Both the position numbers and the translations under genes were made by a program. Shown one piece after another: positions 37,603 through 46,828 of a DNA stretch of 64,000 nucleotides (its first letter is position 1; every line of letters starts with the position of its first letter). The stretch comes from Bacteroidales bacterium (GTDB lineage Bacteria > Bacteroidota > Bacteroidia > Bacteroidales > ML635J-15): NCBI GenBank assembly GCA_963676165.1, contig OY781043.1, forward strand, positions 294,364-358,363, read 5' to 3'. Under the pieces are notes generated by a model that worked only from the letters and a program-made list of their open reading frames with translations, was not told where the DNA came from and searched no databases.

Positions 37603-38637
37603 ATGAAAGCTATGAAATTATTTACAATCCTGAGCCTTTCCGCTGTAATATTTGCAGGTACAGCTTTTGCAAATCCAATGATGGAAAAAGATACATTGAA
37701 AGTTATTGTTGACGGAGAATTGAAAGCAGCTGTCAATTTGGAAAATCTTGACGAACTTGAAGAGCTTGACATCAACCTTGATAGTATTATGATGGAAGTT
37801 GAAAAAGCGTTGGAAGAAATTGATGAAAATCTTCAAGACATTGAAATCATTGAAAAAGAAGATGAAAAAGTAATCATCATTAAAGATAAAGATGGTGAAG
37901 TTGTTGAAACCGTAGAGCTGGAGAGTTATAGCGATGATGATGATGAGTTTGAAGTCAAATTTGAGAAAAGTAGAGAAGATAAAAACTTACATCCTTATAT
38001 GGTCTACGAAATTGGATCAAACAATTATCTCGAAAATCAAAAATTTCCATCAGGAGACGTGCCTTACCTTGTAAAACCATTTGGATCATGGAGTTTCTCT
38101 TTGGGAGGCGGAATGCGTGCGTATGCTACAAGCTGGTTGAGTTTTGATTTCGGGGCTGATCTTTTATGGTACAACTTCAAAATGGAAGACAAAGCAATTG
38201 ATATTACTGAAAGCGAAAATCCATCAGAGATTATGTTCACTTCCAATGACTTTTATAATCTTGGAGAAAATGATGCAATCCGCTCAAAACTTCGCGTGAG
38301 TTATGTAAATGCTAATTTAATGCCTGTTTTCCATATTGGTAAAAAAACAGGAGGATTTAATCGTAGAACATTCCGTATTGGAGTTGGCGGTTACGCTGGA
38401 TACAGAATTGGTAGCATGACGAAAAATGTTTACGACGAAGATGGTCAAAAACGTAAGCTTAAAAACCATGACAATTTTTACCTCAACAGTTTCCGTTATG
38501 GTGCAAAAGCAATGATTGGAATCAAAGAAGTTAATATCTTTTTAAACTACGATTTAAATACACTTTTCGAAGAAGGAAAAGGTCCTGACGGGAAAAATCA
38601 AAATGCATTTTCATTCGGATTGAATTTTACAATCTAG
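37603..38637 (+). CDS. Putative outer-membrane beta-barrel protein with an acidic N-terminal region
   Basis: It has a signal peptide (AGTAFA) and a D/E-rich linker. The C-terminal half shows an alternating hydrophobic pattern and ends FSFGLNFTI. Confidence 0.5.
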   Translation: MKAMKLFTILSLSAVIFAGTAFANPMMEKDTLKVIVDGELKAAVNLENLDELEELDINLDSIMMEVEKALEEIDENLQDIEIIEKEDEKVIIIKDKDGEVVETVELESYSDDDDEFEVKFEKSREDKNLHPYMVYEIGSNNYLENQKFPSGDVPYLVKPFGSWSFSLGGGMRAYATSWLSFDFGADLLWYNFKMEDKAIDITESENPSEIMFTSNDFYNLGENDAIRSKLRVSYVNANLMPVFHIGKKTGGFNRRTFRIGVGGYAGYRIGSMTKNVYDEDGQKRKLKNHDNFYLNSFRYGAKAMIGIKEVNIFLNYDLNTLFEEGKGPDGKNQNAFSFGLNFTI

Positions 38638-38731
38638 ACTTTACACATACACCTTAACCCAAATCACCGCCTGGTGGAGCCGTTTCTAACACGAAGCGGC
38701 TTTTTCTTTTTGTTTGTTTGCAGAGTTTTGC

Positions 38732-38786
38732 GCCGCTTTTGGCATGAATTTTTGCTTTTATTTTGCAAAAATCATGTCCAAAAGCG
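38732..38786. repeat. REP-like palindromic intergenic repeat, copy 2 (inverted orientation)
   Basis: GCCGCTTTTGGCATGAATTTTTGCTTTTATTTTGCAAAAATCATGTCCAAAAGCG. Confidence 0.8.
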
Positions 38787-38869
38787 TTCCCATATTATCA
38801 AAGCATATCAAAACAAAGTCAGATTTGACGTGCTTTTTTGTACATTTACAATTGAAAAAGATTGAATAT

Positions 38870-40294
38870 ATGAGACATCTCTTCATCCTTTTATTCGCTC
38901 TGATTTTTGCTAGTACACAGAGTTTTGCACATAAAAAAGCGTCATGGAATATCATTCTTGATACCGATGGGGCTGCCGATGATTTTCGAATGTTGCAGCT
39001 TGTCTTATCATCTCCGGATTTTAATCTTAATGCTGTATGCACCTCAGATGGTGTGCTGTCTACTGATCAAGCTGCCGCCAAAATTAAGGGCATGCTTAAT
39101 GAATTTTACCATGAAGGAGTGCCAGTAGCTGCAGGAAAATCACTTGACAAACCTTTTATACATCGTGAATTTGCAAATTCACTTTTGTGGCCAGGAAAAT
39201 TGTCTGACGATTATAGCCATAACACCAGTGATTTAATCTTGGAAAGTCTGAAAATGCATACTAGGAAAAATGTAATTGTTGTGGCAGGTCCTATGACAAA
39301 TGTAGCAGACTTACTGAGAGAGCATCCGGAAGCATTGAATCATATTCATCGTATTGTGTGGTATCATCAACCTGAAAATCCCGGGATGAATTATTTGCGA
39401 GATTCTGCTTCTGCGAAATTTGTCATCCAGCAGTTTCCTGCCATAGAATTTGTTAATGTTGGCAAGGAGAAAATTTTTCTCGACACAGAATTTCTCAGTT
39501 ATTTACAAGGTATAAACAATCAATATAGCAACTCGCTATTTGCATTCATGAGTCAAAAATCGCTTAAAAATCATGCATATTTAGGTCAATATCCTGTGTG
39601 GGACGAATGTCTGCCTCTGTATATTTTGTTCCCTCAAATGTTTGAATTCGATGGGAAATCCTATCAGTTAAATCAATCAAACATAACTGCGAGTATTTTA
39701 GCGGTTTTGCATGTCAATAAGCCTGTGCAAGGAGTGGTATGGCAAAAAAATGCTGTCGGGAAAGCTTGGTTGCGTGACGATATTTTTAATGTGTCCGAAA
39801 GCATTATTCAGAAATATGGATACACGGAATTTCAAGTTGTTGCGATGACGAGTGAGTTTCATGGACATTTGGGCATATACTCCATTGTAGGGGCCAAAAT
39901 GGGATTGCGTGCAATGCAGTATTTTTCGGTAGGATTGGATGAACTGGAAGTGTATTCTTGGGCAGGAAGCCGACCTCCCTTAAGTTGCATGAATGATGGT
40001 TTGCAGTTTAGCACTGGTGCATCTTTGGGTTATGGAACTATTCATGTGGTTGAGGACAGCTTGTATCTTCCCAAAGCGATTTTTGATTACAATGGACGTG
40101 TGATTGAGATGAGTTTAAAAGCAAAGTATCAAAAGCAATTTCGGGAAGATGTAAAAGAAAGCATTGACAATTATGGGTTGCTAACCGATGCATATTGGGA
40201 TGCAATTCGTCGAATAGGCATTGAGTATTGGAAAGATTTAAACAAGCTAGAGCTTTTTGATATTAAGGAAATCAAAAACTTTGAAAATAATTAG
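38870..40294 (+). CDS. Secreted fusion protein: inosine-uridine nucleoside hydrolase-like N-domain plus FmdE-like C-domain
   Basis: The start MRHLFILLFALIFASTQSFA is a signal peptide. ILDTDGAADDFRML matches the IUNH DxDxxxDD motif. The C-terminal EFHGHLGIYSIVGAKMGLRA is FmdE-like. The upstream extension from 38714 runs through the REP element and is discounted. Confidence 0.55.
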   Translation: MRHLFILLFALIFASTQSFAHKKASWNIILDTDGAADDFRMLQLVLSSPDFNLNAVCTSDGVLSTDQAAAKIKGMLNEFYHEGVPVAAGKSLDKPFIHREFANSLLWPGKLSDDYSHNTSDLILESLKMHTRKNVIVVAGPMTNVADLLREHPEALNHIHRIVWYHQPENPGMNYLRDSASAKFVIQQFPAIEFVNVGKEKIFLDTEFLSYLQGINNQYSNSLFAFMSQKSLKNHAYLGQYPVWDECLPLYILFPQMFEFDGKSYQLNQSNITASILAVLHVNKPVQGVVWQKNAVGKAWLRDDIFNVSESIIQKYGYTEFQVVAMTSEFHGHLGIYSIVGAKMGLRAMQYFSVGLDELEVYSWAGSRPPLSCMNDGLQFSTGASLGYGTIHVVEDSLYLPKAIFDYNGRVIEMSLKAKYQKQFREDVKESIDNYGLLTDAYWDAIRRIGIEYWKDLNKLELFDIKEIKNFENN

Positions 40295-40340
40295 GACTTA
40301 GTGTAACTTTTTTTGACATCATCCGTCATACGGTAGAATT

Positions 40341-40829
40341 ATGACAGTTAAGGAGTATAATAAAAGCGTAGAAGAGTTCTCGGACAATGTGTTCCGCTTC
40401 ATTCTGAGCAATATCAGAAATGAAGAAATGGCACAAGATATTGTTCAGGATGCTTTCGAAAGATTGTGGCGAAATCACGAAAAAGTGGATGCTGCAAAAG
40501 TTCGCTCCTACCTTTTTACCACTGCGCATAATCGAATGATTGACATGATACGAAAAGGAAAATATGAGCAACAAATGGATGAGGCGCCGGAGCGCAGATC
40601 ACATTATCATGACGATCAATACAACGACCTGAAAGAAATACTCGAGGATGCATTGCAAAAACTTCCCGAAGTTCAGCGTTCGCTAATTTTGTTGAGAGAT
40701 TATGAAAGCTATTCCTACAAAGAAATTGCGGAAATTGCAGATCTCACAGAATCTCAGGTTAAAGTGTATATTTTTAGAGCAAGACAGAGTTTGAAAATGA
40801 CAATAGGAAATTTAGAAGCAGTATTATAA
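40341..40829 (+). CDS. ECF-type sigma-70 family RNA polymerase sigma factor
   Basis: Region 2 (DIVQDAFERLW...AHNRMIDMIRK) and region 4 (LLRDYESYSYKEIAEIADLTESQVKVYIFRARQSL) are both present. Confidence 0.85.
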   Translation: MTVKEYNKSVEEFSDNVFRFILSNIRNEEMAQDIVQDAFERLWRNHEKVDAAKVRSYLFTTAHNRMIDMIRKGKYEQQMDEAPERRSHYHDDQYNDLKEILEDALQKLPEVQRSLILLRDYESYSYKEIAEIADLTESQVKVYIFRARQSLKMTIGNLEAVL

Positions 40830-41851
40830 TGTCAGAAATTAATTTACATAATTACGAAGCTTATCTGCTGGATTTCATGGAAGGAAATCTCAGTGCCGAG
40901 GATGCAAAGGCGCTGCAGAGCTTTCTGGAATCCCACCCGGAAATAGATGCAGATATTTTTGAAATGGATGATGTGACTCTCGTACCTGAAGATTGCCATT
41001 TTGATGCAAAACTTAGCCTACAGCGTGATGAGAACATGCCTGAATTGTCAAAACAGGACGCTTTGCTTATTGGATTACTTGAAAACACACTGACTTCTGA
41101 CGAAAAAACAATGACTGAAGCATTAATCCGGGAAAATGCTGATGTTGCCAAAGAATTTGAACTATACAAGAAAACTAGGTTGTCTGCAAATGCAGCACTA
41201 ACATATCAAAACAAAGGAAATCTGAAAAAACAAGCTCGTATTTTCCCTATGCATGTAAGTCGTTATGTTGCAATGGCTGCAGTGTTTGCTGGTTTGTTAT
41301 TTCTTGTGTTGGGGTCTTTAAATAAGGGAGAATTTACTTACAATCCTTCGGATAAAGCTTTGGCTGACAATGTGATTTATTTTGACGATGAGGCAACAAG
41401 TCACCCTGAAACTCCTGAGTTTATTCATATAGGTGAAAGCTCAACTGAAAATCATTTGGCGTATCAGCATCAAAATACTTCCGATGTTGAGGTACAAACA
41501 CATGCTAACGATGAGGAAATTCGTGCAGCAGTAGTGGAGTATGTACATTTCCAGCATATTCCAAATTTGAAAGCGCAAAAAATTCAAGCGTATCATCCAA
41601 ATTACAAGGAACAACTAGTGTATCAGCCAAATGAGAAAAAGCTTGATTGGAAAAATATGAATATTACTTACGTGAAAGAAACACAGCTTGCCAATCAGCC
41701 AGAGAAATTAAAATTTCCAAAGTCCATTGATGAGTTGGATGAAACCATAGAGGAATTAGACAAGCGCTATAATCCTATCATTAAGCTCCGTGAAGCCAAA
41801 GAAGAACTTTTTGCTTCTAATGTGGACGATTTATTTAAGCGTGATCGTTAA
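40829..41851 (+). CDS. Putative anti-sigma factor (single-pass membrane protein)
   Basis: Its start overlaps the sigma gene stop. There is one TM segment (YVAMAAVFAGLLFLVLGSL). The call rests on positional inference. Confidence 0.5.
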   Translation: MSEINLHNYEAYLLDFMEGNLSAEDAKALQSFLESHPEIDADIFEMDDVTLVPEDCHFDAKLSLQRDENMPELSKQDALLIGLLENTLTSDEKTMTEALIRENADVAKEFELYKKTRLSANAALTYQNKGNLKKQARIFPMHVSRYVAMAAVFAGLLFLVLGSLNKGEFTYNPSDKALADNVIYFDDEATSHPETPEFIHIGESSTENHLAYQHQNTSDVEVQTHANDEEIRAAVVEYVHFQHIPNLKAQKIQAYHPNYKEQLVYQPNEKKLDWKNMNITYVKETQLANQPEKLKFPKSIDELDETIEELDKRYNPIIKLREAKEELFASNVDDLFKRDR

Positions 41852-41883
41852 GCTTGTTTGCTGATATCTTATTCAAGCTGTAC

Positions 41884-41963
41884 CTTATTTAAGAAAATGG
41901 CAAAATATTTAATTAGTGAAATCCTTAATTAAAAAAATCGGGTATTTCTTAATTAAGGAGTTT
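41884..41963 (+). repeat. ~80-bp AT-rich direct repeat R1 (partner 45275-45356)
   Basis: CTTATTTAAGAAAATGGCAAAATATTTAATTAGTGAAATCCTTAATTAAAAAAATCGGGTATTTCTTAATTAAGGAGTTT. By eye it is about three-quarters identical to R2. Each copy is itself two ~40-bp half units. Confidence 0.75.
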
Positions 41964-42050
41964 TGTATTTAATGTTTATTGTAGGAAACGTGTTTTAGAG
42001 TAAGCATCTCCGCGATAACGTTGCAATGTTGATAGGCTATTGAAAGTCTA

Positions 42051-43487
42051 TTATTCCTCTGCCCACTTGTCCGGTAGCAGTTCTCTCAATTTCTCGTTGG
42101 TCATTTGTTGATTTTCGGCTAAACGCTGTATTACGTCTTTGAAGTAAGAAAAAGTATTTACATTGTTCAGACGGCATGATATGGCGATAGAATACAGCGT
42201 AGCAGTTCTCTCTGCCCCGTTGTTTGAGCCACAGAAAAGTGAATTGCGACGGCTGATGCTAATGTAACGCATGGGGCGTTCAATCGTATTGTTGTCCAAG
42301 TCGTAATCGGAAGATATTATAATGTTGTAAATCGATTCCAGTTCATTGAGACAATATGCAGTAGCCTTGCTCAAAATAGTATTGCCCAACGTGTCGGAAT
42401 CCTGTTCTATCTTTCTGAGTTCTTTTTCCAAAGCATTGTAAACTTTCAGTGATTCTTCTTTCCACTTCTCTTTGGGCTTTTTCTTTCGGATAATGTAAAG
42501 TTGGTTGTACAGATCGATAATCACTTCTGCTTTTGGTTGCTCTTTGATTTCAATAAACTTTCGTTTGCAATGTTGCACACAACCTAAGCGTATTGCTTTG
42601 GGGTAATTCCATCCTTCCAGTACTTTGTATGAGCTGTACCCATCAGTTTGAACAGCACCATTATAAGTTTCAGGTAAGTAATTTGTCAATACGTTTTTGC
42701 TCCGTGAACCATTTTCGTAAATAAATTGGATCAAATTATTTTGGTGAGATAACACACTCCAAAAATAACCTTTACGACTTCCGTTGTCACCACCTAATAT
42801 GGTGTGATAAGTTTCATCAAAATGGATGTAAGCATCTGAAAGAATAGCATCTTTGAGAACAGGTGTTAACTTATCGAGCAGTGCTGCCGATTTTTCTATC
42901 AACCCATGAAGCGTTGCTTTGGGAATATCAATCCCCATTTCATTCAGATACTTCATTGTCCGTTCAACAGGCATTCCATAAACATACCGTTGTTGAATCA
43001 GGTAGGCTAAAAATGAAGCATCAAAGTTAGAATTTAGAAATGGAGCGATGGGAGCTTTCCCCTCAAAAAAAACATCGCCCATCCTGTATTTTTTACACCG
43101 ATAAATATGTTTTATCAGGCGTGGGGGGATATACTCATACCTTATCACATCTTTGTGAAACAGGAAAACAGCAACCTTTTCGTCAAATTCGGCATCAGAA
43201 GGCAAAACATCATCAATAACTTCTTCTATATTGTCATAAGCCTTTCTTTTTGCACCATTGTTGCCGCGTTTTTTTGGCGTGGGAGCCGGATGTTTTTCCT
43301 TTCCCTTGCGTTTTTCAGTCTTTTTAGGGAGATTGACGCTTGCAAACTGCTTCATCTTTTCAGCGTTTTTATCCTTCTCCAAGAGTGCCGCCTTTAAAGA
43401 TGCCACCTCTTGAGATAGAGAGGTAATTGTAGCAGTCAATGCTGAAACTTGTTGTTGTAAAAATATCACTAACTCCCTGTCTGTCAT
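42051..43487 (-). CDS. IS66-family transposase (TnpC)
   Basis: 478-aa ORF with an N-terminal coiled coil/leucine zipper. The DDE core contains HFDETYH, QTDGYSSY and CVQHCKRKF. Confidence 0.85.
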   Translation of the reverse strand: MTDRELVIFLQQQVSALTATITSLSQEVASLKAALLEKDKNAEKMKQFASVNLPKKTEKRKGKEKHPAPTPKKRGNNGAKRKAYDNIEEVIDDVLPSDAEFDEKVAVFLFHKDVIRYEYIPPRLIKHIYRCKKYRMGDVFFEGKAPIAPFLNSNFDASFLAYLIQQRYVYGMPVERTMKYLNEMGIDIPKATLHGLIEKSAALLDKLTPVLKDAILSDAYIHFDETYHTILGGDNGSRKGYFWSVLSHQNNLIQFIYENGSRSKNVLTNYLPETYNGAVQTDGYSSYKVLEGWNYPKAIRLGCVQHCKRKFIEIKEQPKAEVIIDLYNQLYIIRKKKPKEKWKEESLKVYNALEKELRKIEQDSDTLGNTILSKATAYCLNELESIYNIIISSDYDLDNNTIERPMRYISISRRNSLFCGSNNGAERTATLYSIAISCRLNNVNTFSYFKDVIQRLAENQQMTNEKLRELLPDKWAEE

Positions 43488-43561
43488 AGCTTAAAGATAC
43501 AAAAATAATATGGTTTTACTATGGAAAAAACATATTATTTTTGCATCTTTTTTACTCTTTT

Positions 43562-43924
43562 TCAGATACTTAGCATGACTTTCAGACGAAGCTCATTTGA
43601 ATTGCTTTTTTGTTTTATCGCATTGACGATCTGGTCAAGAAGACCTCTCTCTACCTCAAAGAAGGGGGTATCTCCTACCTGTCGAGGCAGGGTATAACGA
43701 CCCAGTTCCAATTTTTTGTTGTAAAGCACGAATCCTTCTTTTTGCCATCGTAATACCTTTAACGATTTACGTGTCCTACCAATAAAAACATAACCATCGC
43801 CAGTGAGCGCATCCATATTACCTGTTGTTTTTACCAAATGATATAACGAATGGATTCCTTTTCGCATATCAACTGGCTCTCTGTAGAAATAAAAACGGGT
43901 AGTGTCATTAAAGTTAAAAATCAT
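43562..43924 (-). CDS. IS66 Orf2-like accessory protein (TnpB)
   Basis: REPVDMRKGIHSLYHLV...FIGRTRKSLKVLRWQKEGFVLYNKKLE is the typical IS66 Orf2 signature. Confidence 0.85.
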   Translation of the reverse strand: MIFNFNDTTRFYFYREPVDMRKGIHSLYHLVKTTGNMDALTGDGYVFIGRTRKSLKVLRWQKEGFVLYNKKLELGRYTLPRQVGDTPFFEVERGLLDQIVNAIKQKSNSNELRLKVMLSI

Positions 43925-44120
43925 AGTACATCCTTTTTGAAAATTATGGATGTAAAAATCGAAAGTTTTATCCCGTAAAACTATACGTCATCGTGGAGAC
44001 GGATACGTTTTAGAGGAGCCTTTTGGCAATCTGTAAGGTTCAGGGATGAGCTTTTTGTTTTAATGTGGACGATTTAGCTAAGCGGGACGAGATGGAGGAA
44101 ATGTCAAAAAGAAAAATAAC

Positions 44121-45245
44121 TTAATCAAATAATTCCAGATATTCTCTAAAAACGAATAACTTCCCTCTTTTTCCACCTGTAATTTCCTCAAGAATTTTTA
44201 ATTCTTCGAGCTCGTTAATTGTTTTATAAACTGAAGGAAGGGATAGTTTTGTTATTTGTTTAGCTATTTGTGCGTTAATTATTGGTTTTTGAAATAAATG
44301 GTTGATTATTTGCATTGCATTGTTTGAGCGATTTCCTAAGCTTTGTATCTTAGTTTCTATTTCTTTCTGCAACTTTAAAATGCCATCAAATGTTTTAATA
44401 CTATTTTGAGCCGTTTCAATTACTCCAACTAAAAAGAATTTAAACCATTGTATAATATCATCTTTCTCTCTGACTCGCATTAAGTTATCGTAATATAAAG
44501 TTCTGTTTCTTTCGAAAAAATCTGAAAGGTATAATATAGGCTTTTTAAGTATCCCTTTTTCAACCAAATATAAAGTAATCATCAAACGTCCAACCCTTCC
44601 ATTACCATCTAAGAAAGGATGAATTGTTTCAAATTGATAATGAATAAGTGCAATTTTTAATATGTCAGGGAAATAAAATTCCTCCGAGTGTGCGAACTTT
44701 TCAATATCACTCATGTAATCATTGACTGTGTCAAATGATGGCGGAATAAATGTTGCATCACTTATTGTCGCTCCACCAATCCAGTTTTGACTCGTTCTGA
44801 AACAACCTGGCAATTTATATTTTCCTCTTACACCAGCTAATAGAGTTTTATGAGTTTCTTTGATCAACCTTGATGAAAATGGTAGTTTTTTTAGATTCTC
44901 AATAGCAGAGTTTAATGCAATTATATAATTTTGAACTTCTTCCCAATCATTTCTTTTTTCTTCATTAACGTCTTCTTTGTCAAGCAATGCATCTTCAATA
45001 TTTGTTTTTGTTCCTTCAATTTTGTTTGATTTTGTTGCTTCTTTTGCAATGTGCATGCTAATAAACAAATCAATATTGGGAATGTATTCAGAATACATGT
45101 CTAATCGTCCAAGTTGTCTGTCAGCTTTACTTAACAGATTAATTAATTCCATGTTTTCCAATACCCATTGTTTATTAATTTTTTCAGGTTGGAAACTTTT
45201 ATAAGTCCCTTGGTTTATATAACGACCTGCTTTGAAATTTTTCAT
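44121..45245 (-). CDS. Fic-family protein (AMPylase-type) with a C-terminal wHTH
   Basis: It has the Fic motif HPFLDGNGRVGRLM. At 374 aa it has the usual Fic/DOC N-terminal helical region. Confidence 0.85.
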   Translation of the reverse strand: MKNFKAGRYINQGTYKSFQPEKINKQWVLENMELINLLSKADRQLGRLDMYSEYIPNIDLFISMHIAKEATKSNKIEGTKTNIEDALLDKEDVNEEKRNDWEEVQNYIIALNSAIENLKKLPFSSRLIKETHKTLLAGVRGKYKLPGCFRTSQNWIGGATISDATFIPPSFDTVNDYMSDIEKFAHSEEFYFPDILKIALIHYQFETIHPFLDGNGRVGRLMITLYLVEKGILKKPILYLSDFFERNRTLYYDNLMRVREKDDIIQWFKFFLVGVIETAQNSIKTFDGILKLQKEIETKIQSLGNRSNNAMQIINHLFQKPIINAQIAKQITKLSLPSVYKTINELEELKILEEITGGKRGKLFVFREYLELFD

Positions 45246-45274
45246 TTTACTACATTTTCTTAACCAAAGATAAG

Positions 45275-45356
45275 CTTTATTTAAGAAAATAGCAAATAAA
45301 TTAATTAGCGAAGTTGTTTATTTAAGAAAAATGCGAATTTATTAATTAAGGGGTTT
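45275..45356 (+). repeat. ~80-bp AT-rich direct repeat R2 (partner 41884-41963)
   Basis: CTTTATTTAAGAAAATAGCAAATAAATTAATTAGCGAAGTTGTTTATTTAAGAAAAATGCGAATTTATTAATTAAGGGGTTT. It lies immediately upstream of fic on that gene's strand. Confidence 0.75.
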
Positions 45357-45381
45357 CTTGTTTAAAGCATTCTGATTTGCT

Positions 45382-45747
45382 CTATTCTCCTTTTTCCAGT
45401 GCTTCCAGCTCTGTTTTTAATTTTTTTGTGAGTTTGCTGCGAATTAAGTCGTAGGAATGATCGATTAATTCGATTAGAAAAGCATCACTTAAACTTCCAT
45501 CAACCGAAATTGTGTTCCAGTGTTGCTTGTTTAAATGCCAGCCGGGTTGTATTGCAGGGTATGCTTCTCTCAGCTCAATGGCGCGTTCCGGATCACATTT
45601 CAATGCAATTTTAAAATCGTTCTCAGTGTCAGTAATGGCAAACATCTTATCCATAAGCTTAAAGACTAAAGTGGTTTCGTCAAATGGAAATCCTTCACTT
45701 ACACCTGCTCTTGATAAGCAATATTCTCTGAAACTTTCAGTATTCAT
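45382..45747 (-). CDS. MmcQ/YjbR-family protein
   Basis: MNTESFREYCLSRAGVSEGFPFDETTLVFK...KCDPERAIELRE...PGWHLNKQHWNT. The upstream part of the listed ORF looks non-coding. Confidence 0.75.
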   Translation of the reverse strand: MNTESFREYCLSRAGVSEGFPFDETTLVFKLMDKMFAITDTENDFKIALKCDPERAIELREAYPAIQPGWHLNKQHWNTISVDGSLSDAFLIELIDHSYDLIRSKLTKKLKTELEALEKGE

Positions 45748-45919
45748 GTTGTCGTTTTTTACAAAGATAAGGATTTGTAAGTAGGTAATTGCTAATTGTA
45801 AATAATAATTGATTATAGAAAATTCAACAATCAACTGCGAATGAAATGAGTAACAATTGACAATTAGCAATTGACATCCACCTTCCCACATAAAAAACTA
45901 TCTTTACAAAAAATTTTAT

Positions 45920-46795
45920 ATGATGCACAAAGCAGGTTTTGTAAATATCATTGGAAATCCGAACGTTGGAAAGTCCACATTAATGAATCAAATGGTGGGC
46001 GAAAAGATTTCCATTATCACCTCCAAATCACAAACAACACGTCATCGGATTATGGGTATTGTCAATGGTGACGATTTTCAAATTGTCTATTCCGATACGC
46101 CTGGAATTATTAATCCGGCATACCGCATGCAAGAAAGCATGATGAACTTTGTCAGTACTGCTTTTGAGGATGCTGATGTTTTGGTTTATATGACTGATGT
46201 TGTTGAAACACGGGATAAAAATCTGAAATACTTGGATCGTTTGAAAGACACAAAAACGCCTGTGATTCTGCTGATCAATAAAATGGATATTGCAAAACCA
46301 GAAGAGGTTATTGCACTCAAAGAAGCATGGGAAGCTGAGATACCAAATGCATCTGTGTTTTTTATTTCTGCACTGAAAAACTACAATGTCGATTTGGTGT
46401 TTGAAGAGATATTGAAACATCTGCCTGAAAATCCACCTTATTTCCCTAAAGATCAGTTGACCGATAAAACAGAGCGCTTCATTGTTTCTGAGATTATCCG
46501 TGAAAAGATACTGAAAAATTACAAACAGGAAATCCCTTACTCTGTTGAGGTTCAGGTTGATTCATTTAAAGAAGACGAAAAAATTATTCGCATCGAGGCG
46601 ACTATTTATGTTGCTAGAGACAGTCAAAAAGGAATCATTATTGGGAAGAAAGGTGCTGCACTTAAACGAGTTGGTCAGCATGCTCGTCAAGACGCAGAAG
46701 ACTTTTTTGGAAAACAAATTTACCTTGGCTTGTATGTACGCGTGAAAAAAGACTGGCGAAATGACACAAGTCTGCTGCGTCAGTTTGGCTATTAA
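45920..46795 (+). CDS. era: GTPase Era
   Basis: G1 is GNPNVGKST, followed by DTPG and NKMD. There is a C-terminal KH domain (VARDSQKGIIIGKKGAALKRVG). Confidence 0.9.
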   Translation: MMHKAGFVNIIGNPNVGKSTLMNQMVGEKISIITSKSQTTRHRIMGIVNGDDFQIVYSDTPGIINPAYRMQESMMNFVSTAFEDADVLVYMTDVVETRDKNLKYLDRLKDTKTPVILLINKMDIAKPEEVIALKEAWEAEIPNASVFFISALKNYNVDLVFEEILKHLPENPPYFPKDQLTDKTERFIVSEIIREKILKNYKQEIPYSVEVQVDSFKEDEKIIRIEATIYVARDSQKGIIIGKKGAALKRVGQHARQDAEDFFGKQIYLGLYVRVKKDWRNDTSLLRQFGY

Positions 46796-46828
46796 TTTTT
46801 ATATTTGCAAGCTAATAATCAGAGAGAT

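Larger units (their letters stand above)
42000..44006 (-). mobile_element. IS66-family insertion sequence (tnpB + tnpC, no orf1) with an 8-bp TSD
   Basis: The imperfect IRs are GTAAGCATCTCCGCGAT (42000-42016) and ATCGTGGAGACGGATAC (43990-44006). The flanking direct repeats are GTTTTAGA (41992-41999 and 44007-44014). Confidence 0.85.

Noticed and set aside
38714-38869. N-terminal extension of the nucleoside-hydrolase fusion ORF, together with the similar peptides of ORFs 12576-12821(-) and 50870-51139(-)
   Set aside because: All three read through copies of the REP-like palindrome, which explains the shared FWHEFLL/AKIMSKS strings. A proper signal-peptide start exists at 38870.
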